From assembly GCF_026571515.1 (NCBI RefSeq), contig NW_026866931.1, positions 1 to 64,000 on the forward strand: a stretch of 64,000 nucleotides of DNA, read 5' to 3'. A program made the position numbers and the translations under genes. Of this stretch, positions 26,110 through 37,535 are shown piece after piece (the first letter of the stretch is position 1; each line of letters starts with the position of its first letter). The notes beneath the pieces are model-generated. The model was not told the DNA's origin. It made no database searches and was given only the letters and a program-made list of their open reading frames with translations. The DNA is from Ruditapes philippinarum (lineage: Eukaryota).

Positions 26110-26720
26110 CGCCTTTTTCACCCCCCCCCCTTTTTGTTGTCTCAAATGGTGAAACAATGCATAATTTCGGCCCTAAACACTTGTTTTTGTTTGAGAAATG
26201 TTGTTAAAAAAAGTGACCACTTTTTCGGCGCGGCCCCCCAACCAAAAGATACATCAGGGGGTTGCCAGAAGGGGGATGTGCCCCCTTCTGTTTGGGGGGG
26301 GGGTTTGAAGGGGGGCGAAGTCCCCCTCATCGCCAAGAAAATTTTGGACTTGTGAGAGGCTATAAATGACCCCAGATTGATCATAAGGTAACGTGTAACC
26401 AACGCTGAAAAGCATTTGACTCTATCTCAGTCCATTGAGAAGTTGCAGCACTTTGAAATCAATTTTGATGGAAAAAATCAACGCAAAATAGTGAATTTTG
26501 GCAATTTTGAGATGTCCCCTCGTTGCCATGGTAACAGAAAATTTAAGCCTGAGCATGTTGTTGCAAGGGCAATGGTCCAGTTAACATTTGTGCCAAGTTT
26601 GATTAGTGTTGAAGCAGTTTTTATAGTATTATAGCAATTTGAACTTGTAACGGGAGACTTTTCAATGAAAACAGCCATTTTTCACAAAATGCTCATGAAG
26701 TAATGGTTTAAATAGCATCC
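26110..26720. repeat. G/C-run-rich segment plus HINE-like monomer relic
   Basis: Hairpin CAGAAGGGGG..CCCCCTTCTG and long G/C runs at 26120-26330, then monomer-like text containing the GTTGCCATGGTAAC palindrome at 26522-26535. Confidence 0.4.
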
Positions 26721-27559
26721 AAAACGAATGTTTTTGTTTGTGTTGTTGTTGTTTTTGTTTTGTTTTTTCTTTAGCTTTTATGGCATCGTTAAAATGGCAC
26801 TGTTAATGAATGTGACAAAATGAAATTTGTAACATTTTTCTTATAAATATTTTTACGGGAAATGACTAAATTGTGATTGCGTTTTGTAACAAAAACAACG
26901 AAATACTGTAAAAATATAGTTATCTCACCTCTTTGGCTAATCTACGTTCATTGTATTATTGTCTGAGTGGTGTTTGCAAACATTTCCTTTCATTGAATTA
27001 AGAAAGAAAGAAATGCCATCCTTGTCAAATCAAGACAATAAATCATTATCCGCGATTTCGTCTCGAATTCGATCTTGCCCAATGTAATCCAATTATACAA
27101 TAAACATCTGACGTGTAGAATGCACTGGTATTACTGATTTGATTCATTTATAAATCTCATCAACATTTATTCTTACTGTACATACTATCATTTCGTCATA
27201 TTATTTAAATTCAAGTATGAACACATCTGCGGATGTTTCTAGATTCAAAATTTCACCATTTCCTTGTTTAAATGTTGGATTCTGCTGGGTGCCGGTGCTA
27301 TGGGACGTGGACGGTAGCTTGTACTTTCTAGAACCGTCCATCAACAGACTCAGTCAAGCAATGCCTGTAACATTTTCTATTGTGCAGTTTTGGGCGTTCT
27401 TAAGTGATTCTGTTTTTTTATTATTATTTCATTTTAAATAGTATCCTGATTTTAATTTTTATTTGTTATCTTAGCGTTATATATTCAGAATCTTTCGCAT
27501 CGTTGTCACAAAATCTATCATCTATACCTAGTTATGACTCATTGTACCTTTTCTTTTGT

Positions 27560-27780
27560 TCAGACAAGGACTTTACATGTGCTATTCTGACCTTGACTTT
27601 TTCACCTCAAAATCAAAAGTGGTCATCTACTGGTCATGGGCAATCTTTTTTTTTATACATACTAAGTTTTTTTCTCATGATATTAATCGTACACGAATGG
27701 CAGGAAGTACAAACGGATTGACGGATAGAAAGATCACCTCCATCAGAGTTACCTCCCATTAAGGAAGTCCGGCACAAAAA
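27560..27780 (-). mobile_element. HINE-like relic
   Basis: TGACCTTGAC..GGTCATCTACTGGTCATG is the antisense of the 143-bp monomer type, followed by an ACGG-type microsatellite remnant. Confidence 0.5.
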
Positions 27781-27819
27781 CGCGCAATGTATTGTCTTTA
27801 CAGGATATAGAAATATTCT

Positions 27820-28170
27820 AATGTGCGCTCAATATAATAACGCTCATTTATATGTATGAAATATGTTTTCTTAATCAACCTGACAGAAGACAGACCTGAG
27901 CACATGTAAATTTAATTATTTTGCATAATCATAACAAAGGTGGTCAAGTGCACAGATTAACTCATTATTCTATAGTGATTGATTTTTCAGGGACTTTGCC
28001 AATAACAGATGCTATAATAAGGAAGCGGGGCTAATGTGGACATAGAAACAGAATTATCTCAAATGTCTTCTGTATGTCCGGTCAATATTGCAAGCTCTTA
28101 TCATGGTATTGTCCGCAGATTGTTTTCTCTTTTTTGTCGACTGTTAATGTTTGCTGATATGTTCATAGAG
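27820..28170 (+). other. Conserved structured element, copy A (candidate ncRNA/cis-element)
   Basis: Ordered motifs ACAGAAGACA, ATGTAAATTTAATTATTTTGCAT (27904), TGGTCAAGT (27941), TGATTGATTT (27976) and a long hairpin at 28008-28110, all shared with three other copies. Confidence 0.7.
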
Positions 28171-30549
28171 TTTGCATAGGTGTAGGTATATCTACGCATA
28201 CTGATGCAAAGCCTATATTGCACAATGCTCTATTGCATTATACTTGTACGTACTAGTATGTGTTCTTGTCCTAAAAATTACCTCATACTATTACCCATTT
28301 CTTAAGTTATACTCAATAATGTGTCGTTGTTTAGAAACAAAATGATACTTTAAATTTCATGCTACAAGCTACCGTCCACGCCCTATGGCACCGGCACCCA
28401 GCAGAATCCAACATTTAAACAAGGAAATGGCGAAATTTTGAATCTAGAAACATCCGCAGATATGTTCATACTTAAATTTAAATAAAGGGCATATATGGAC
28501 GCTTCGGTTTTGCAACAGTAAGGAATTTAGCAAAACAACATGTAAGATATATTTTAAGGCCGTGTCATGTCCGAAGTCGGTAAGTACAATCACATGAAAA
28601 GAAAGCACAGATGTTGATGTTCAACAAGCAAAGTTTTAGTTCGGAAAAAGTCAGATCAGTTCGTGTACTGGTCATAATACTGTACTAGTAGGTTTGATTT
28701 AAAATGTTTTCCAAATAGACCACTGAAATAAAAAGTCAAATAAGTTTATATAATGGATATACAACTAAAGAAATGCAAAAGAAAACATATTTAAACTCAT
28801 TTTTGAGAGCAAATAAGCATGCAGAAAAAAAAACAAGTTAATGGTCACTCGCATTTTAGAGCAAATAAGCAGATATTTCAACTACAGACAAAGTAGTAAT
28901 CAGGCATGAATCGAATCGAAAATAATCAAAACCGGAATCGAACATTTGGTGAATCGTTGCAGACATTCGTTCATAAAACTCAATGTAGTCTAATTTTTGT
29001 AAATTTATAGTCACAAATAAAAACATGTACAAGGATATAATCTTTCTTATAATTAAACGTACAGAGCGTTAATGAAGTCAAACGATTTGTGACAAAATGT
29101 CTGCCCTAAAATTATCTTGAGTCAAAATGTCATATAGATAAAATATCAATCATGTCTTGTGATAGATCATGTTGTCGTTTTCAATTAACAATGACTAGAC
29201 GCTACCAATAAAGTACCAATAAAGATGGCGTCTGCGATCTTGACCTTCTTAAACGGATTTCGGCATGACGGGCTGAAAATATTTTTCGAGATATGTGTAC
29301 CATCGAACAATAACAATTTCATTCGCTCACTCCTTTTTTGTATAGAATGATTATCTTTGTTAATCAAACATTAAAAATACAATTGTCAGTGCAATTTTAA
29401 GTATTGAAAATAAAGTACGGTGCAATACGGTGCTAGGGTGCGTGAGTGATGCGTGAACTTTTTAAGCAAATAGCAATTGATGTTAAAACATCTTAATGTC
29501 TGTGAAACTATTCATTCAGTTTCATAAGGAATGTAAATCGTAGCAGGTGTGAACAATAAGTAAAAGCCCTTCAATGACAAAATTCACTGTTATCAGAACA
29601 AATGAATGATAATATACATATCAGAAATCAGCTTGTTTCATGCATGAAAGGTGTGGTATTGGAAGACCTTTCAGGTAATTTTCATTCTCTCTGAGCTGAA
29701 AGATAAAGTTATTTTAACAAACTACTTAAACCATTCCCTTTTAAAGTCACATGACTTAATTAGAATTTTACATTTCCAAGGTAAGCGTTTAAAGAAAAGA
29801 TATCATAATATTATATCTAGTAGTTAAGTCTGGAATCATAGGTTTTAATTAACTTCATCAGAGAGCAGCACAATCGCATTAAAAAATACTTCAAAACATA
29901 CAAGAGTTTGTAAAAATGGCAATTCTGTTGCGTTAGTATCAGATGCCGTTGCTGTAAGGATAAATATTAAGAAATAAACTAAACCTTTAAACGTTAATAC
30001 ATGTGATACATGTAACCACAAACCTACCAGTTACTCTTATTATTATGCCATGGATTTTCTTTTGCAGATGTTGACCGAATGAACTACACCTCATTATATT
30101 AAGGTCACACATTGGTTTAGCATGGCTTATAGAGTGCTCAATTTAGCTTCACAGTAAAACATGCTTTAAGCCATGGAATTTTTAATGTAATTTTCATATT
30201 CATAACCTTCTACGATAGAAACATGCAGAATATTAATTACTATCTAAGAAATCGACTTCTGTAATCTAATTTTAACTGATATGAATAATAATGAATATTT
30301 ATATATTTGTAAAGAAAGTGCATGAAATTTCGCTAAGAACACTTAGAAATATTAACAATGCATTAGTAAATGTTTTTCATATATTTTGTTATTCTATGAC
30401 GATACCATGATGATAAAGTTTGTAACACAGATTCCACAGATGCATCTCAAAGTGTCCTACTGTCCGATTTATACATGAATAAGTTTACAGGTAATACCAT
30501 AATAATTTTAAGCCTAGCTGACACAATGTATTACATTTACTCATGCAAT

Positions 30550-30570
30550 TATATATATATATATATATAT
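30550..30570. repeat. (TA)n microsatellite
   Basis: About 10 TA units. Confidence 0.9.
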
Positions 30571-31062
30571 CTTACTTATCTCTAATGTGTAAAATACAAC
30601 CTGCTTTCAGGTTCACTAATTGTTTCTAACTGTAATGATCTATAAAATATATACAAATCTATTGACAATTTTGACTGATACAATACTAAAGAAATCACAC
30701 GATATTATAAAGACTTGGCGTTAAGTGACTGAAATTATGCTAGGATTAAGTTTTGCTAAAAATGTCTTACCATATACATTGAATGCTAGAGATTTGTACC
30801 TCTATTTTCGGGAAGCATTTGCGTTTTTTTTATAAAAATGTACTCTTTTGGCACAAAAGATGCGTGAGAAAGACCAATATTGAATTTTAACAATTCGGAT
30901 GGGAAATATTCTACTATAATAAAGAAGTTATTTTAATTTTTTTTATTCAAGCATATTGAACAAGCTTTATCTGCTGATATTGTGTGTTACCAGTGACAGT
31001 GTAATGAGCATATTGCCAAAGCTCGGATGCTTGTTAACGAAAGGAGAGCAACATTCGAAAAG

Positions 31063-31365
31063 GACAGAAACGAAATATTAACACATGCAAATCTAATTAT
31101 TTGGCAATAAAGAGATAACGTTATGGTCAAGTACCAATCACTGTGCAATATTATAACGTGGAGGTTTCGGCATTGATTTTTCGGAGATTTGGTGTATAAC
31201 GAAGCATTAATGAGGAAATTAGGGTAATGTGGACATGGTAAATGAGTTATTCGAGAGCCATTGTGTACATCCGGGCAACATTGGCCGAACTCATTACGCT
31301 AAGGTCACAAATCGTATTATTTTTTGTAACGAGTTGTTTGATGTTCGCAAATATTTATATAGATG
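31063..31365 (+). other. Conserved structured element, copy B
   Basis: ATGCAAATCTAATTATTTGGCA (31085), TGGTCAAGT (31124), ATTGATTTT (31172), hairpin 31203-31300. Confidence 0.7.
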
Positions 31366-34300
31366 GTGACACTCGAGGGTTTTTATCTTTAAATTACAAT
31401 ATTCATAAGAAGGAAAACCCAAAGACAAATAGAATATTTTGTAGGCCTGAATGTTAGTATATAGTTTTGAAATTCACACAGAACAATGCTTTCTTCATTA
31501 GCTGGGTTTAGGATAAAAAAAAGATTAGTAGTATTTTATAACATAGTCTACGTTTCTTTTATTTCTTTTATTGAAACATTATAACCTTTAAATCAGTTTG
31601 ACCAATTTTAATAAAATTAAACATATTGCTAGGAAATAACCGATACTTTTTAGATGCTCATAACATACCTATGTTTGCAAATTAAAACTTCTTTGAATAA
31701 AAAAAAGAATAAAGAAGTTTCACAGCGCCACTATAGAGTATCTAATACAGATGTTACCTTACAACAACATATGGTAACATTACTTAATTAATGACCGCTT
31801 TTGTAGTTTCATGTACAGTCTTATTATTTTTCTATCGTTAATTTACACCCACAATAGCCGTAATGGGAGATATTTTAATGTATATTTGTACAAGATTGGC
31901 GAAATAATTGTCAAATACTGACCGGTTTACAATGATAATTATATCTGGACATCTCTTTTAAAGGATTTAGCTGCATGCCATATGACGAACATAATTCTTT
32001 TGTGTTGCAGGACTTGACATAAATTATGATTTATTTTGCAATAAAGTATTCAAACAACAGTGTTAGATTGCAATGTAATAAACAATGCAATTAGATTCCG
32101 TTAAATATATTCGCTTATATATATATTATTTTCAAAGCGAATATTATGTTTAAAGATATAATTATTATTTATTGATTTAAATGATATGACTGTTGTACGT
32201 TGATATACGTTCTTGATAGCTTGTACGCATGAAGTATTCTAATCAAATATTTCATAGTAAGAATATGATTAAAAATTTCGTCTTGTAAGTAAAATAAAAT
32301 AACAATCTTAATAGTCAACAAATCTTCAAGTTTAAAGTAAATACTTTAAACGTGTTTTTAAGAAAATATATTCAATGTCAAACAAGGGAAAAGAAATGGC
32401 TTTAAGGAATGCATATACAATCTAGTAGTAAACAAGTTCTTCAAGTTTAAATTGAATTTCTACGAAACTTTTCGAGACAATAAAAAAATCCAAAAACATA
32501 TTTCATCTTCAACTCTACTGTAATCTATTTAGTCTACTTTTCACATATTTAATATCACGAGATTTTTACCTGATGTGTTGACGAAACAACAGGTTCCGAT
32601 TGGTTATTTTTGATAAGATCTGTGACAATGATAATTTTAGTTTGAATTATTGAGTGTCTATTTCGTTTACAATTATTAATTTGTAAAGTATCGCTTTACG
32701 GACATTATATGCATGATAATGATGATCTAAATTAATAATTTATAGATATACACGTTATTAATGAAATGATTGCACAGGATAAAATGCAAATGTTTGCTCA
32801 TTGAATAAGTTTACTCAATTAAATGTTAAACTGCGAGCAAAACCACCCATTATTTACACATAGGGGCTTTTTCAATTTATTAAATGATTACCGCATTTTG
32901 ATCGTGTCTTTTAGAAATTTATTTTTTATCAATCAGCAATGTGACATTATTAATTCGAATGATTATTGTTTCGTAATACGCTTCATAAATTTATTAAAAC
33001 GATTTTTTAAAAACTGAAAACCCCGACATTTTCTAAGGGCATTCAAAAAAAATTTAAATAAATCCCTCCCATGTCTGCATAAAAAATAACAAATTGTGAT
33101 TTTTGATTAATCATTTCTATTTTAGAATGTATTCCTTCCCCAAGGGGAATTTGGGAGTATAATACGCTACGGACAAATTTTTGGTAGGTAAGCTATTTTC
33201 AATAAGGGAAAACTGAAGAACTTAAGGCCCCGTATTGTACTTTTTTTAAAACACCTTTTTTTAAGGTGACAATTCAAGTACATGTGTATAAGAATAAAAA
33301 CCGACTGCAATTCCTATTTTTCCTATGTAATTACTAATATGACAACAAAATGTCAACTAAAATTATGTATGGTGTTTTCTATTTACAAAAATATTTTAAA
33401 TAGTATTGTAGATATGTCTTTAAATAAGTGTATTGTATATGATTTGTTTCACTTAAATTGTTATTATTGTCTCAAATACGATAGAAAAAGAATATTTCTA
33501 TCATTTACATATATCTCGAACCTGTTTATCTGAATAAAAAAGAGAACAAACTAGTTTCCAAAACGAGATAACGAATATAAAGAAAACGCCTTTAACCTCT
33601 TGTAATTCATTCATTTATTTGTTTTACAGATTTTGTAGGACACCATTTGTTCAAAAGAAAGAAAGAACATTTCAATCAAACGAGATTTAACAATGAATTA
33701 ACTCGTTTAAATTTAATTACTATATATGTTTAATCTTTTCCTTAATATTACATTAACATCCTATGACTTTAAAACCCAAAATCCAAAAAAATTTTTGCAT
33801 AACATTAAAATGATTAAATCAAACTTAAATTTTCCCTTTAAAAAAGTTCCATTTTTGTAATTTTAAAATGGAAACATGGCGTTTCAAAAAAAAATGCACC
33901 CCCTTTATTCCCACAGTTTCAAAAAAAGGGAGGAAACATTTTAAAAACGTTTTTTTTTTTTTTGTTTCCGCTTTTGTTAAATGTACATAGTAATTTCTGG
34001 GTTTATTTTTGAAAATTTCAAAACAGAAATTTGTAAATTTGTACATTTCCTCTATCACAAATTTTATTAGGTGGGCCCAAATCATGTAATCAAACAGAAA
34101 AATGCAATCGATAAAAAATTTGAGGTTTCCCCTAAAAATTTACTGCATTCCCAAAAAAAAATTTTATTTTTATTTCGTTTATTTTTTCTGTTTTGAAATT
34201 TTGTTGACAAGGGGTTTTCATGAAAAATGTAGGCTTTGCTGTAAATAAAATTTTAAAGATTTAAAATGCAGTGTTACTTTAAAAATTCTGATACCAAGTT

Positions 34301-35959
34301 ATGCCCCCCCAGCATTTTTGCAGAACGTTCTAAGGGCGAAAAATATCATCTATTTATAGTACGAAGCGACTTTCTCAATACGACACATCATGCTGAACGG
34401 TCTTCATGGATAAAAAATATAACATATTTGATTATATGTACTTTTTACGGTTTTAACACGTAAAGTATGGCCTACACGCGCCCTCCATTATTTAAAGTAT
34501 ATAATACAAATCCGACTTTAAAACATTTTTCTTATTCTTAGCGTGAAGTAAGTCCTGTTTGATATTTCTTAAAAACAATAATTAATGTAAAACAGGCAGT
34601 AGCATTTATATGTTTTCAGTCTGATATGAACAGAGATACTTTCAATCGCTCACAAACACTTAGGAAACAGAAGTTTATATAATGCCCTGAAAAAAAATTT
34701 GACCATATGCTGTAGGTCAATTAGCAATTGCTATGTTCATACCAGGTAGCAATCTGTATAACAGATTGTGTTTGTCGTCACAAGTACTCTTTATCTATTT
34801 TTTAATTAAAAAAATATTAGCGATAAAATTCGGAAATGTTATACCTGACTTTATGCGAAATAGGTCTTATTAGACCTGCATTTTTCAGCATATGACACCA
34901 TATTTGAAAGGTACCAACTTGTTCCCATATCAAAAATAAAGGCACGTTACATAGAGAAACGATGAACTAAAAAGGATTGTGATGAGGGAAAAACTGCACA
35001 TAAGTGTTTCCTTTTTATACCCAATATGAAAATGAATTTCATTTTAGTTACTCTCTTCTATGATTTTTTCATGCTATCTGACACGATAATTGGAAATGCT
35101 TTATCAATATCTGTACAATATCATTTTGTTTTTGAAAGAAAGAAAGAAAAAAAAATGAATTCATCTGTCCAATCAGTCTTTTAATTGTACGCATAAGAAA
35201 TTGCTGTGGGACAAAAATGTTCTACTTAAAAATCTGAACATTACTAGATTTTCTAAATTGGTTTTCCTCTAGGGTATAATATCGGATATTTTTTGTCCTG
35301 CGATATTTACCGCCCATCAATTGCTTGGAATAGCCAGTTTATTGTTTGAATATAGTTTTCCAGTCAATATATAGTCCTTACTGACGTCATCGTCGTAAAT
35401 TTGTGTTTAATTCTTTCTGTTTTTGATTTTTTGTTCGCCATGGCATCCTTACATACCGGTAAAGACGATAAATAATCAGATTTTATTATAGTTTGTTTTA
35501 GAAGTAATGTTAAATTAGTAATAGGTTTTCGATTCTTTGAATATTTTATAAATGAACAAAAAAAAAACTGTTTAGTTCGAAGATTCATCTAAAAAGAAAC
35601 TAGATTCTATTTTAAATATGTTAGCAATATTTTGGCTTAAACTAAAGTCACATCATGCTCATTATTTCGTTGTCGTTGTCAAGTTGAGCTGATTTATTTA
35701 TAAATTTAAAAAGATAAACTATTATAATGGGGTTTGACCAATAATTGATTAGAATATATAAAAACTGCATGAAATACAAAAAGATTGTCTCAATCAATTT
35801 AGTACGCATTCGTGACTTTTATAATCGTGTGTAATTGCAATACTGTACAATTTACCATCTTCACAACTTAAAATTTAGAAATCATACGGAGGTGTATATC
35901 GTTATATCGTTGAAAGTCTGCGTTCTTTACATTGTATTACCTTGTTGATCTTCCCTTTA

Positions 35960-36240
35960 ATACATTAAACTAGACCTGCATACATTTCTAAATTCAAAAA
36001 GTAATGCCTTTAATGACATTGCCCTGATAAGTCCGGACATACATAAGGTCCCTTGGATAACAAGATTCTCATATTCGCATTAGTCCAATTTCCTTATTAT
36101 TGGTTTGTTAGAGGGTAAGCCTCTACAAAATCAATCATCAAGATTTGTCACTGTACAGTCGTTGTCACTTGACTATCATTTTATCTCTTTATATTGCTAA
36201 ATAATTTGATTTGTAAGTACACAATGTCTCGTTTTTGTCT
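35960..36240 (-). other. Conserved structured element, copy D
   Basis: Minus strand: TTACAAATCAAATTATTTAGCAA, TAGTCAAGT (36167-36175), TGATTGATTT (36128-36137), hairpin 36007-36103. Confidence 0.65.
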
Positions 36241-36639
36241 TTTGTCTGATTAGACTCACACAGGCTTTATCCTAGTGAAAACGTACATATAGAACTGAAT
36301 AACATCTTTAATAGAAGAGACAGGTCTTATTTCAATTTATCTATCTTAAGTTTTTATGATAAACTACATTTTTCATTTGGTTCATAGGTTTATAACGAAT
36401 GCCTTAAAGTTATAACTTGAACAAAGTTTAAACGTTTCACTGTTTTAATTTAATTGCTGATTTGAATTGAGGATTGTAGAATACATAACGCATTTTGTCA
36501 TAAATCAAACCATTTTCATTTATAAATTTAAATCTTTTTTGAAAGAACAAAACGGGATTTCTTAGTCAGTTGATCGTGTTTAAAAGCTTGCTTCTCAGCA
36601 TAAATCTTAGGCACATACTGTCTTGTTTAACAATATAAG

Positions 36640-36976
36640 GAGCAAGACATCCCAAAACGTCCTGCAGGGAAGTCAATATTGTTTCACATTTATACCATAA
36701 AGAAAACGATCAATATTGACCGGATACACAGTTGGCCATTCTGGTAACTCATTTTCCATGTCCGCATTAGCCTTATTTCCGTATTATAGCTTCATTACAA
36801 GAAAAAGCTTCGCACAAATCAATCACAGAACGCAAAACGACTTGATCCTTCACATGTTGGAACTTGACCATTATTTTATCGTCCATTTATGGCAAAATAA
36901 TTTAATTTGCATCCGTACATGTCTTCTGTTAAACATGTTTTTTACATTTATTGAGCTTCAGTTATTGAACGTTAGT
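36640..36976 (-). other. Conserved structured element, copy C
   Basis: Minus strand: ACAGAAGACA (36920-36929), ATGCAAATTAAATTATTTTGCC (octamer at 36905-36912), TGGTCAAGT (36862-36870), TGATTGATTT (36816-36825), hairpin 36694-36790. Confidence 0.7.
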
Positions 36977-37390
36977 CATATAATCTAAAAGTATTACTGG
37001 ATATTTGTTCTATTTCATCGCTAAAGAAGTTAGAGGAACATTTGGAAATATCTAGTTAATAAAGGTTTCTTGACGTATTGTATTTCTAATTGTACGTAAA
37101 AACAAACTTTGTGAGCTTATTTTGTTGATAAATTTGACTTTATTACTAATTAAAGTAAATTTATCAAATTAAAGACAAAACTATTATTATGTATGTGATA
37201 GTTTACTTCAATGATATCAATTAACAATTTAACAATGCGAGAACTGATTTTTTAATGTGTTTCATTTGTTCACATATTTTAAATACGTAGCTCCTAAGGT
37301 TTTCCACACTTTTTCCCCAGATACATGTACTTAATTTGTTTTTACAAAATATCAATTCTTTTTTCCTTAATATTAATTCGTTAAAATTCA

Positions 37391-37535
37391 TAAAAACGAA
37401 TTATTATTTCGTAAGAATAATTAATATTTCGTAAGAACGAATTAATATTTCGTAAAAACGAATTAATATTTCGTAAAAACGAATTAATATTTCGTAATAA
37501 TAACGAATTAATATTTACCACTTAATATTTCGTAA
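37391..37535. repeat. ~21-bp minisatellite, ~6-7 copies
   Basis: Unit TAAAAACGAATTAATATTTCG. Confidence 0.9.

Larger units (their letters stand above)
27201..28485. repeat. Pair of ~120-bp near-identical inverted repeats (27201-27323 / 28363-28485)
   Basis: TTATTTAAATTCAAGTATGAACACATCTGCGGATG..GTGGACGGTAGCTTGTA is reverse-complemented at TACAAGCTACCGTCCAC..CATCCGCAGATATGTTCATACTTAAATTTAAATAA, with few mismatches. Confidence 0.9.

Noticed and set aside
28021-28110. Ankyrin-like reading GANVDIE..CPVNIAS..G of the hairpin family, given its lack of indels
   Set aside because: In-frame stops occur within or immediately before that frame in the copies, there are no consistent splice sites, and substitutions track base-pairing rather than codon position.
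28008-28110. Assignment of the hairpin to SECIS, IRE, twister, H/ACA snoRNA or pre-miRNA
   Set aside because: No AUGA/GA quartet, no CAGUGN loop, no twister GGUnnnAAG loop, H and ACA boxes are not shared by all copies, and there is no conserved 22-nt arm. Only a covariance-model search can exclude these formally.
31895-31985. Possible fifth hairpin-family copy (minus strand GCTAA..TGTAAACCGGTCAGTATT)
   Set aside because: Spacing is 2 nt off, and the upstream boxes and pairing are absent; probably chance.
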